From positions 163,720-227,719 of the forward strand of contig CAVRYH010000013.1 in the NCBI GenBank assembly GCA_963725395.1: DNA of 64,000 nt, read 5' to 3'. The position numbers and the translations under genes were made by a program. The notes beneath the pieces were generated by a model, which was not told the DNA's origin, did not search any database, and worked only from the letters and a program-made list of their open reading frames with translations. Origin of the DNA: an uncultured Acidimicrobiales bacterium. Lineage in GTDB: Bacteria; Actinomycetota; Acidimicrobiia; Acidimicrobiales; RAAP-2. This document shows, one piece after another, positions 36,838 to 44,930 of the stretch (positions are counted from its first letter, which is position 1; each line of letters starts with the position of its first letter).

Positions 36838-36870
36838 ACAGTGGGGACGACTCGTCGGTGAGGACCTGAC

Positions 36871-37095
36871 GTGTTCGTCGTCCACGAGAGTTGGACGGAC
36901 ATGCATTGCCGGGTCCACCTGGCCACGTGTTCGATCTGCACGGCGGCGGGTGAGCGAACGCTCCACGGGCAGTGGCATCGGGGGTATGAGTCGCGAGAAG
37001 AAGCCCTAGAGGCGGCCAAGTTTTTCGCTGGCGCCCATCACGATGCCCGGCTCTGGAGCGTGGGCCTCTGCCATATCTGCTGCGGAGTGGACTAG
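36871..37095 (+). CDS. hypothetical small Cys/His-rich protein (possible Zn-binding)
   Basis: A 74-aa ORF with a GTG start. It contains H..C..H...C..C early and C..CC at the C-terminus. Composition is not shadow-like. I recognise no family. Confidence 0.35.
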   Translation: MFVVHESWTDMHCRVHLATCSICTAAGERTLHGQWHRGYESREEALEAAKFFAGAHHDARLWSVGLCHICCGVD

Positions 37096-37154
37096 GCGGT
37101 CGAGCACCAGTCCACTGCAACCGGCATGATCCCCGCCGAAGTCTGGGAACTCAA

Positions 37155-37712
37155 TTACGACCCGGGTGCAGCCTTCTTCACCGTCGTCTTCTTCGCGGCA
37201 GCAGTCTTCGGCGCGGCCTTCTTGGCCGGTGCCGGCTTGGCCGGGACCTTCTTGGCCGGTGCCCGCTTGGCTACCGCCTTCTTCGGAGGCGCCTTCTTCG
37301 CCGGTGTCCGCTTGGCCACCGCCTTCTTCGGGGGCGACTTCTTAGCCGGTGACCGCTTGGCCGACGCCTTCCGGACCGCCGCTACCCGCTTGGCCACAGC
37401 CTTTCTTCTCGCCGTTGCCCGCTTGGTGATCCTCCGGGTTGCCGTCCGACCCTTCTGTGCAGCCTCGTCGGTCTGTTCGTTGATGGCCTTCACGGCGTCA
37501 CGGACCATCCGCCGCTGACTCCTCAGCACCCGTTCGGCGAAGTCGAATACCTCGTGCAGCGCCTGATCGATGTCCTCCGACGCCGGGGCTACGCGTCGAC
37601 CGGTGCGCCTGTTGATTCCCTTTGTCAACTGGTGGCCGGCATGGGAGATTTCGTCCTCCGCCCGCTCGATAAAGTGCTCGATCTGCTTCCGCACATCGCT
37701 CGTGTCAGCCAT
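37155..37712 (-). CDS. histone H1-like Lys/Ala/Pro-rich DNA-binding-type protein
   Basis: An N-terminal helical 85-aa part is followed by AKRSPAKKSPPKKAVAKRTPAKKAPPKKAVAKRAPAKKVPAKPAPAKKAAPK, PAKK-type repeats like the tails of actinobacterial Hlp/HupB-type proteins. Confidence 0.7.
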   Translation of the reverse strand: MADTSDVRKQIEHFIERAEDEISHAGHQLTKGINRRTGRRVAPASEDIDQALHEVFDFAERVLRSQRRMVRDAVKAINEQTDEAAQKGRTATRRITKRATARRKAVAKRVAAVRKASAKRSPAKKSPPKKAVAKRTPAKKAPPKKAVAKRAPAKKVPAKPAPAKKAAPKTAAAKKTTVKKAAPGS

Positions 37713-37837
37713 GATTCAGTCCTTTCCCGACTGTCCTGAACGCTCCCCCTAGTTCTACATACTGATCGATTCGTGCGCCCGAGGGGAGGGGACAAAGTCC
37801 CAACACGCCAGAACGCATGCATCGTCGGCAACACGGG

Positions 37838-38677
37838 TCAGGTCGCTTGTATCTCCCAGGGAGGTCCGCTCACCCGGCCGGCGCCAGGGCTCGGCCACAA
37901 AGGGCCGATGAGGAGAGCCTGATGGTCGCATGCCCACCGAAGGGCTTCCTCTAGCGCCTTGTGGGCGGTCACCGCATCGACGTGCTGGTCTGGCTGAGCT
38001 CCCGTGGTCACCTGCAGAGGACTCACGGCAAGATGACCCAGAAACATCCCGCCATCACCGATCCGAAGGGTCAGGTGGCCAGGTGAATGGCCTCCGACCT
38101 GTTCGGCAATGACTCCGGGCGCCACGGCCACCGGTGGCGACAAACCCTCGACCACTCCTTGACGTGCGAGCTCGGAGAAGGCGACAGCGCCGCCGATCTC
38201 AGGATTCGAAGCGATGTGAGTGATCTCACTGGTGGAGAGCAGCACCTTCGCATTCGGGAAGAATGGTGACCACTTGCCACGACCGTCTACCGAGGCGGCC
38301 ATGCCGATGCCGTCGAGGTGGCTGAGGACGACCGAATCGATACGGCCGACGGGATAGCCCCTGGTGGCCAGCGCTTCAACCACTGCGGATTGGTGCGCCA
38401 GAGCCTCGGGTCCCGATCGGATGAACGCGTCTGCCGCACCACACGGATCCACGACGACCGTCTTGTTGTCGGATTCGATGACCCAGACTGCCTGTCCGAC
38501 CATCACCTGGCCGGTTTCTGTGGCCCAGGCGGGCGTCGCCCACGGGATGGAGGTGACCTGTTCTCGCGTGAAGCCGATCACACTCGCGTCGAGAGGTACG
38601 TCGAAATACGGAACCCGGGTGAGTCTGATGTGATCGATCTCGAGGCTCGACACGTCTCGAATTATGCCTGTCCTCAC
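37838..38677 (-). CDS. MBL-fold-like protein with degenerate metal motif
   Basis: This 279-aa protein has beta-lactamase-fold-like spacing, but the HxHxDH position reads LSHLDGIG. GGHSPGH is retained. Confidence 0.55.
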   Translation of the reverse strand: MRTGIIRDVSSLEIDHIRLTRVPYFDVPLDASVIGFTREQVTSIPWATPAWATETGQVMVGQAVWVIESDNKTVVVDPCGAADAFIRSGPEALAHQSAVVEALATRGYPVGRIDSVVLSHLDGIGMAASVDGRGKWSPFFPNAKVLLSTSEITHIASNPEIGGAVAFSELARQGVVEGLSPPVAVAPGVIAEQVGGHSPGHLTLRIGDGGMFLGHLAVSPLQVTTGAQPDQHVDAVTAHKALEEALRWACDHQALLIGPLWPSPGAGRVSGPPWEIQAT

Positions 38678-38720
38678 GACGCCGGGACCGGGCCGCTGCG
38701 CTGGGTGCCGTCGAAGAGGT

Positions 38721-38742
38721 CAGCTGCGATCGCCTGCAGCTG
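38721..38742. terminator. small hairpin downstream of tRNA-Lys
   Basis: CAGCTGC (38721-27) and GCAGCTG (38736-42) flank an 8-nt loop, 36 nt downstream of the tRNA 3' end on the minus strand. There is no U-tract. Confidence 0.3.
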
Positions 38743-38777
38743 CTGTCGTCCCGACTTGACCGGGCCGACAGCCAATC

Positions 38778-38853
38778 TGGTGCGCCCCCCCGGACTCGAA
38801 CCCAGGAACCTGCGGATTAAGAATCCGCTGCTCTACCGTTGAGCTAGGGGCGC
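38778..38853 (-). tRNA. tRNA-Lys (anticodon CTT), CCA encoded
   Basis: Folded by hand on the minus strand as GCGCCCC-TA-GCTC-AACGGTA-GAGC-A-GCGGA-TTCTTAA-TCCGC-...-TTCGAGT-...-GGGGCGC-A-CCA. The acceptor, D and anticodon stems are perfect. The T-arm has one extra nt or a G.G mismatch (see findings). Confidence 0.8.
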
Positions 38854-38906
38854 CCGGGCAGCATAAGTGTCGCGGCCGTGGCCGTCAACGAGTGGCGTCG
38901 TACCGA

Positions 38907-40220
38907 TCACGGGATCGGCGGCGTGCAGTGGGCCGGTACGTTTTTGGGGGGAGGCGTCAACCCCAGTCGCCACGACAACCAGGGGAGCGAGAGCCTGAAG
39001 GCCGCCGCCCAGAACAGGAAGGAGTGGTCTCCCGGCGGGGTGGACGAGCACACCTGCATCCCGGTCTGCTCCGCCAGTTTGGCCAGTTGCTGGGTCGCGG
39101 CCAGGGCCTGGGGATCGCTCTGGCCCGCGGTGAACCAGCCGGCCAGCCCTGTGAACTTCGAGCTCTTGAGCAGGCTCACCGGGTTGTGGGCCTCGTAGTC
39201 GGCCTTCGATCCGCCGTACAGCTGGCTGATGGTCTGTTGCTCGTCGTCGTTGATGTAGGTCGGTGACGCATAGCCCGAGTAGGAGGCGAAGGTGGAAAAG
39301 GTCTTCGGGTTCCTCAGCGCGAGGATGGTGGCACAGGTGCCACCGGCGGAGAGGCCGGCCACGGCCAGCGAGTGCTTGCCCACCGCCGCGTTGAAGCTGG
39401 CCTCCATGAAAGCGGGTACGTCTTTGACCAGGTAGGTCTCGGCGTTCCCGAACACGCTGTTGGAACACTCGGTGTCCTGGGTCTTGACTCCGTTGTTGTC
39501 GGGGATCACCAGGATGGGAGCCGCCCCGTGGTGCTGTTCTGCGAACGCAGTCGACGTGGTGTCGGCATAGCCCGCCCGGGTCCAGTCGGACGGTTGCCCC
39601 GGCACCCCGGCGATGAGTTCGATGACCGGGAGCTGCGGCTCGGGGTTGTTGAACCAGCTGGGAGGAAGATAGACGTAAGCAGGCCCGGTTTCGAATTTGG
39701 ACTGTGTCGCCGGAATGGTGACCTGGATGGTCTCGCCGTGGTCGGGCAGCTTGTGGGTGCGCCGGACCTCGCTGCGGATGGCCTGCAACTGGGGAAGGCT
39801 GGTGAAGTCGGCCGCGTTCTTGCCGAGCAAGCGGGAGAGGGTCGGGTAGTAGTCGTAGGACTGGTTGACGACGGTGAACGCGGCAATCACACAGAAGACC
39901 AGCGCGATGACCGAGAACGTGCGGAGGATCCAGTGGGCCCTGGTCCAGCCGAGGATGATGACCACCACTGAAAACCAGATGAGCCAGGCCCACAGGTAGA
40001 AGGTCGTGGGGAATTCGGCCGGCACCAGGTTGAACACGTGGATGGCGACGCCGGTCAGCACGGTCAGGACGAAGCTTACCGGGATGCCCACGGGCAGCTC
40101 CCATTTCCACGCACCGTCGTGCCAACCCACGGAGAGGACCACCGATGCGATGGCCACGATGACCACGGTCTCGGGGAACCAGCCGGTGATGAGGTCGATG
40201 TCGATAGCGAAAGTCCCCAT
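38907..40220 (-). CDS. membrane-anchored esterase-family alpha/beta hydrolase (paralogue of 30713..32005)
   Basis: Same architecture as the paralogue: 4 TM helices, PAYVYLPPSWF, GLSAGG, GDHSF, and the C-terminal LPWLSWRLGL. Identity to the paralogue is roughly 40-45% by eye. It visibly uses more A/T-ending codons. Confidence 0.7.
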   Translation of the reverse strand: MGTFAIDIDLITGWFPETVVIVAIASVVLSVGWHDGAWKWELPVGIPVSFVLTVLTGVAIHVFNLVPAEFPTTFYLWAWLIWFSVVVIILGWTRAHWILRTFSVIALVFCVIAAFTVVNQSYDYYPTLSRLLGKNAADFTSLPQLQAIRSEVRRTHKLPDHGETIQVTIPATQSKFETGPAYVYLPPSWFNNPEPQLPVIELIAGVPGQPSDWTRAGYADTTSTAFAEQHHGAAPILVIPDNNGVKTQDTECSNSVFGNAETYLVKDVPAFMEASFNAAVGKHSLAVAGLSAGGTCATILALRNPKTFSTFASYSGYASPTYINDDEQQTISQLYGGSKADYEAHNPVSLLKSSKFTGLAGWFTAGQSDPQALAATQQLAKLAEQTGMQVCSSTPPGDHSFLFWAAAFRLSLPWLSWRLGLTPPPKNVPAHCTPPIP

Positions 40221-40301
40221 AGGCCTCTGCCTAAGATAACCAGCACGACAGCGCTGAGCGGGGACTGAGGAACGGGGAAACCCGGGGAAGAGGGCGAGAC
40301 C

Positions 40302-41837
40302 GTGGCAGATCCCAGCAGTGGTGGTGAGTCCGACTCGGTGAGGCCCGAAGGCGAATCATCGACGTCGGACGCCCTGATCGCCGAGCGCAGGAAGAAGCGG
40401 GACACCCTGGCCGAGGTGGGGATCGACCCCTATCCGGTGAGGTTCGACCGAACGGCGGTGGCCTCCGAGCTGCACCAGCGGTACGACGCCCTCGAACCGG
40501 ACGCCCGTACCGGGGAGACCGTCCGGATGGCCGGGCGGCTGACCAGCATCCGCGGCCACGGCAAGCTGTCGTTCGCCACCCTCACCGACGTGACCGGTTC
40601 GATCCAGCTGCTGATGCAGGTCTCCTCGCTCTCCGACGGGGCCAAGGCGGTGTTGGCCAACGTCGACCTGGGTGACTGGGTCGGCACCGAGGGGGAGGTG
40701 GTGACCAGCCGGCGCGGCGAGCTGTCGGTGGATGTCACCGAGCTGCAGCTGCTGTCCAAGTCGCTGCGTCCTCTTCCTGACAAGTGGCACGGGCTCTCCG
40801 AGACCGACACCCGCTACCGCCAGCGGGAGATCGACCTCCTGGCCAATGCCGAGAGCCGGAGAGTCTTCGACACCCGGTTCGCGGCCATCGCCGCCCTGCG
40901 CCGGCAGCTGCTGTCGGAGCACTTCGTGGAGGTGGACACCCCGATCCTCCAGCCTCAGGCCGGTGGGGCCCTGGCCCGACCGTTCATGACGCACGCCAAT
41001 GCGCTCGACATCGATCTCAGCCTGCGGATCGCTCCCGAGCTGTATCTGAAGCGCCTGGTGGTCGGGGGCTACGAACGGGTCTTCGAGATCGGGCGGAACT
41101 TCCGGAACGAGGGCGTGGACACCCGGCACAGCCCCGAGTTCACTTCCCTCGAGGCCTACCGGGCCTTCGGTGACGTGAACGACGGCATGGACCTGACCGA
41201 GCGGCTCATCGTCGGAGCCGCTGAGATGGCGGCCGGCCGGCTCGTTTTCGCCGTCGGCGACCGGTCCATCGACCTCACACCACCGTGGCCTCGCCGCCCA
41301 CTGCTGGACTGGCTCGAGGAGGTGGTCGGCAGGAGGCTGCACCCCAACGACCCGGTGGACGAGGTGCGGAAGATCTGTGAAGCCCTCGGAGTCGATTTCC
41401 TCCCCGAATGGGGATCGGGCAAGTTGATCTTCGAGCTCTACGACACCGTCCTGCTGCCCACCGTGGTCGACCCGGTCTTCGTGTGCGGGTTCCCGGTCGA
41501 GGTCTCACCTCTGGCCCGGCGGACCCGGGATGACCCCACGATGGCCGACCGTTTCGAGTTGGCCATCGACGCCAAGGAGTTCGCCAACGGGTACAGCGAG
41601 CTCAACATCCCCGAGGAGCAGCAGGACCGGTTCCGGGGTGAGGCCGACGCCGTGGCCCGAGGGGACCTCGAGGCCCATCCCGCCGACCTCGCCTTCCTGC
41701 GGGCGCTCGAATACGGGTTGCCGCCCACCTCGGGTATCGGGATCGGTGTCGACCGGTTGGTCATGCTGATCACCGAGGTGGAGGCCATCCGCGACGTGAT
41801 CCTGTTCCCGATGATGCGGCCGGAGGTCACCAGTTGA
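40302..41837 (+). CDS. lysS: lysine--tRNA ligase, class II
   Basis: An OB-fold N-terminus (GETVRMAGRLTSIRGHGKLSFATL.D..G.IQL) is followed by class II motifs (FVEVDTPILQ; FEIGRNFRNEG.D..H.PEFT..E.Y; GIGIGVDRLVML). GTG start. Confidence 0.9.
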   Translation: MADPSSGGESDSVRPEGESSTSDALIAERRKKRDTLAEVGIDPYPVRFDRTAVASELHQRYDALEPDARTGETVRMAGRLTSIRGHGKLSFATLTDVTGSIQLLMQVSSLSDGAKAVLANVDLGDWVGTEGEVVTSRRGELSVDVTELQLLSKSLRPLPDKWHGLSETDTRYRQREIDLLANAESRRVFDTRFAAIAALRRQLLSEHFVEVDTPILQPQAGGALARPFMTHANALDIDLSLRIAPELYLKRLVVGGYERVFEIGRNFRNEGVDTRHSPEFTSLEAYRAFGDVNDGMDLTERLIVGAAEMAAGRLVFAVGDRSIDLTPPWPRRPLLDWLEEVVGRRLHPNDPVDEVRKICEALGVDFLPEWGSGKLIFELYDTVLLPTVVDPVFVCGFPVEVSPLARRTRDDPTMADRFELAIDAKEFANGYSELNIPEEQQDRFRGEADAVARGDLEAHPADLAFLRALEYGLPPTSGIGIGVDRLVMLITEVEAIRDVILFPMMRPEVTS

Positions 41838-44782
41838 CCGAGGCGGTGACGACGGACGTGGTCCGGGGCGTCCTCGATCAGGGGGCGACCGAAGGGGAGC
41901 TGCCACCGTTCCTCATCGACGAGGAGATCGAGCTCGAACTTCCCCCCGGTTGCCGCACCCTGGTGGTGAGCGACCTACACCTTCCGGCAGTGGCCACGCC
42001 GACCTCGACAGCGGTGGCCGACGAGCTGGCCGGCCTGCTGAGGTCCGTCCAGGGTCCGGCCGTGTTCGTCATCGCCGGCGACGGCTTCGAGATGCTGGCC
42101 GGGCCCCCCGACGTGGACAAGATCCTCGACGCCCATCCGCAGTTCACCGGGGCGGCCTCCACCTTCGCCGCTCGGGACGACCACCACCTGGTCGTCCTAT
42201 CGGGCAACCACGATGGGCAGCTGGCCTGGGACGGGCGTTCGATCGCCGTGTTGAGGGAGCGACTGGGCGTGCAGCGGTTCGCCCTCCGGTGCAACCTGGC
42301 GGTCAGCACCGACCAAGGTCCCCAGCGGGTGCGGGTGGTCCACGGCAACCAGGCGGATCCCTACAACGCATTCGAAGACCCGTGGTCGCCGGTGGACACG
42401 CCGTTCGGCCACCATGTCGTCCGGGACCTGCTCCCCGAGGTCGAGACGCGCCAGACCTCGGGCTCCCTCCTCGAGGGGATCCAGTGGCTCGACGGGGACA
42501 TCGCCGACTTCGTGGGATCACGCCTCTTCTACCGCAAGATCATCGGGAAGCTGTGGCTCGTCGCCGTCCCGTTCGTGGCCATCCTCCTCCTGCGCCTCCT
42601 CACCTTCCTGCCCGGCGTCAACCAGCTCCTCCACCACCACGCGCAGCGATGGCTCCTGGGCTTCGGTCTGCTGGTGGTCTTCATCATCGTGGTGGCCGCC
42701 GTGGCCGCCGTGGCCACCCTCCTCCGGGTCAACCGCGCCCTGCGCGAGACGGCCATCAGCGCCCGGTCCGATCCGTCCAGCCACAATGCCCCCCCTCGGG
42801 CCGAGGCGGCTCGCCTGGTGTCCCGGGGGTATGCGGGGATGATCTCGGGGCACACCCACGAGCCCGAGCTGTCCGTGGTGGGGAACGGCTTCTACGCCAA
42901 TACCGGGAGTGGCACCGCCTCGGTGGCGGGTCGACCGTCCCGGCTCCGGCTTCCCCATCCCTTCGTGACGGTGCACCGTTTCTCCTATGTCGAGATGACC
43001 GGCGGGACGGTCCTCGGCCTGAAGCTCTGGTTGCGGGAGGTGCCAGTCCGCTCGCCGGTCCTGCTCGAACGGCTGGCCACGGCACCGAGCAAGATCGACA
43101 TGACGAAGACGACCGTGGTGGGGGCACTGCCCAACGGTCCCACCTGGCCGCTCAACGAATCAGGGCTCCGACGGTGGGTCGTCAGACGGCGGGTGCGCCA
43201 GGTGGCTGCTGGCCTCCTCGTGGTGTTCGGCCTACTCAATGTGGTCTTCGCCGCCCTGTGGGGCATCCGGGGCACCCGCCCCGTCGACCACTGGCTGCCC
43301 TTCGGTGTACACCCGCTGTCGGTGGTGGAGGCACTGGTCGCCGGGTTGGCCCTGCTCGGACTGGCCCGGGGTGTGCGCAGGGGCATACGTCCGGCCTGGG
43401 TGGCCACCATCGTCCTCATGCTGGCCACCACCGCCGATCGACTGATCCAGGGCCGGCCGGCCGAGGGGGCGAGCCTGGCCCTCGTGTTCAGCCTGTGGTT
43501 GCTCGTCGAGCATCAGCACTTCCGCGTGAGGCCCTCGGGAGTGAGCCGGCTGTTCGTCTGGACCGCCGCCGCCGGCCTGGTGGTCATCGGAGCCACCGCC
43601 GGGGTCGGGAACCTCCTGGGCTACGGACACCGGGCCCGCTTCGACGTGGTGTTCCTGCTCATCGTGGTGGTGGTCCTGGTCCTGCTGCTGCTGGTGGCCA
43701 TTCCCGGCCGGGAGTCGCGCCGGGTGGGGGCAGCCCGCGAGGAGGCCTTCGAGCGGGCGCGGTCGATCATCGACGCCCACGGGGGCGACACCCTCGACTA
43801 CTTCGCGCTCCGCGACGACAAGTCGTGGCTCTTCACCGGTGAATCCCTGGTCGCCTACTCGGTCATCAACGGTGTGATGCTCGTATCGCCGGATCCGATC
43901 GGGCCGCCTCAGGACCGGGCCGAGGTGTGGTCCGACGTGATGGACATGGCGCAGTCGAACGCGTGGCAACCGACCGTACTGGCTGCATCGCAGTCGTGGC
44001 TCGGTGTCTACCGGGCGGCGGGGCTCGTCGACCACTACATCGGTGACGAGGCCATCGTCGACGCCACCCGATTCACCTTGAAGGGAAAGTCGATGAAGTC
44101 CCTGCGCGGCGCCTACAACCGGGTGAAGAAGGCCGGATGCCGGGTGGAGTGCTACCAGTCGACGGAAGACATTGCCCCCGAGCTGAAGCTCCAGCTGCTC
44201 GAGTTGATGACCGAGACACGCCAGGGTGAAGGGGAGCGCGGGTACTCCATGACCTTGAGCCGCATCTTCGACCCCCGGGACGAGGGGCTCTTGTTGGCGG
44301 TGTGCTTCGGTGATGACGATCGGCCGTTGGCGTTCAACCAGTACGTCCCGGCCGCCGAGGTGGACGGCTACTCGCTCGACCTCATGAGGCGGACCAACGA
44401 TCCCGACGCCCCGAACGGCCTGACGGATTTCGTGATCATCGAGACGCTCCAGTGGATGGCCGAACGAGGGATGCGGGGCCTGGGCCTCAACTTCGCCACC
44501 ATGCGGGCGGTGGTGGCCGGCGAGGTCGGCACCGGGCCGTGGGCGTCACTGGAGCGGAGCGTGCTGCACCGGTTCAGTGAGACCCTGCAGATCGAGTCCC
44601 TGTGGCGCTTCAACCAGAAGTACGAGCCGATGTGGAATCCCCGCTACGTGGTCACCGGCCCCCATCTGCCGCTGGCCCGCAGCGGGCTGGCCATCGCCCG
44701 GGCCGAGGCGGTCGCCGAGATCCCTGTCATCGGTGGCCTGCTGAAGACCCACCAGCCGGCGCACTCCGGCGAGGAGCACTAG
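41834..44782 (+). CDS. fusion protein: calcineurin-like metallophosphoesterase + polytopic membrane region + MprF C-terminal (aminoacyl-phosphatidylglycerol synthase, DUF2156-type) domain
   Basis: The TTG at 41834 overlaps the lysS TGA (TTGA); an alternative GTG lies at 41846. Phosphoesterase motifs SDLHL, AGDGFE, SGNHD and VHGN are present, and GHTHEP follows a 2-TM insertion. About 6 further TM helices follow. C-terminal LDYFALRDDKSW...KSLRGAYNRVKKAG...DLMRR...PNGLTDF...LNFA...LWRFNQKYEPMWNPRY matches the lysyl-PG synthase domain. Confidence 0.8.
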   Translation: MTEAVTTDVVRGVLDQGATEGELPPFLIDEEIELELPPGCRTLVVSDLHLPAVATPTSTAVADELAGLLRSVQGPAVFVIAGDGFEMLAGPPDVDKILDAHPQFTGAASTFAARDDHHLVVLSGNHDGQLAWDGRSIAVLRERLGVQRFALRCNLAVSTDQGPQRVRVVHGNQADPYNAFEDPWSPVDTPFGHHVVRDLLPEVETRQTSGSLLEGIQWLDGDIADFVGSRLFYRKIIGKLWLVAVPFVAILLLRLLTFLPGVNQLLHHHAQRWLLGFGLLVVFIIVVAAVAAVATLLRVNRALRETAISARSDPSSHNAPPRAEAARLVSRGYAGMISGHTHEPELSVVGNGFYANTGSGTASVAGRPSRLRLPHPFVTVHRFSYVEMTGGTVLGLKLWLREVPVRSPVLLERLATAPSKIDMTKTTVVGALPNGPTWPLNESGLRRWVVRRRVRQVAAGLLVVFGLLNVVFAALWGIRGTRPVDHWLPFGVHPLSVVEALVAGLALLGLARGVRRGIRPAWVATIVLMLATTADRLIQGRPAEGASLALVFSLWLLVEHQHFRVRPSGVSRLFVWTAAAGLVVIGATAGVGNLLGYGHRARFDVVFLLIVVVVLVLLLLVAIPGRESRRVGAAREEAFERARSIIDAHGGDTLDYFALRDDKSWLFTGESLVAYSVINGVMLVSPDPIGPPQDRAEVWSDVMDMAQSNAWQPTVLAASQSWLGVYRAAGLVDHYIGDEAIVDATRFTLKGKSMKSLRGAYNRVKKAGCRVECYQSTEDIAPELKLQLLELMTETRQGEGERGYSMTLSRIFDPRDEGLLLAVCFGDDDRPLAFNQYVPAAEVDGYSLDLMRRTNDPDAPNGLTDFVIIETLQWMAERGMRGLGLNFATMRAVVAGEVGTGPWASLERSVLHRFSETLQIESLWRFNQKYEPMWNPRYVVTGPHLPLARSGLAIARAEAVAEIPVIGGLLKTHQPAHSGEEH

Positions 44783-44874
44783 CGCCGACGCGGCGGGGGC
44801 ACGGGCCCGGCGCGGGTCGGGCCCCTCCTCGCCGTCGGGTCGTGCCGAGGCGAGGGACCCGTCCGTCCGTGGAC

Positions 44875-44916
44875 GCGACAGTGGCCGGGGGTACGGGAAC
44901 CCCCGGCCACTGTCGC
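44875..44916. terminator. 17-bp perfect-stem hairpin between convergent genes (bidirectional terminator candidate)
   Basis: GCGACAGTGGCCGGGGG (44875-44891), loop TACGGGAA, CCCCCGGCCACTGTCGC (44900-44916). It lies between the stops at 44782 (+) and 44931 (-). Confidence 0.65.
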
Positions 44917-44930
44917 ACTACCGGGTTCGA

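Noticed and set aside
38700-38906. Integrative element or prophage at tRNA-Lys (and at tRNA-Ser 62050..62134)
   Set aside because: No integrase, excisionase, transposase or phage-like gene lies next to either tRNA. I did not spot a direct repeat of the tRNA 3' halves by eye. Only a compositional anomaly remains, and it is reported separately.
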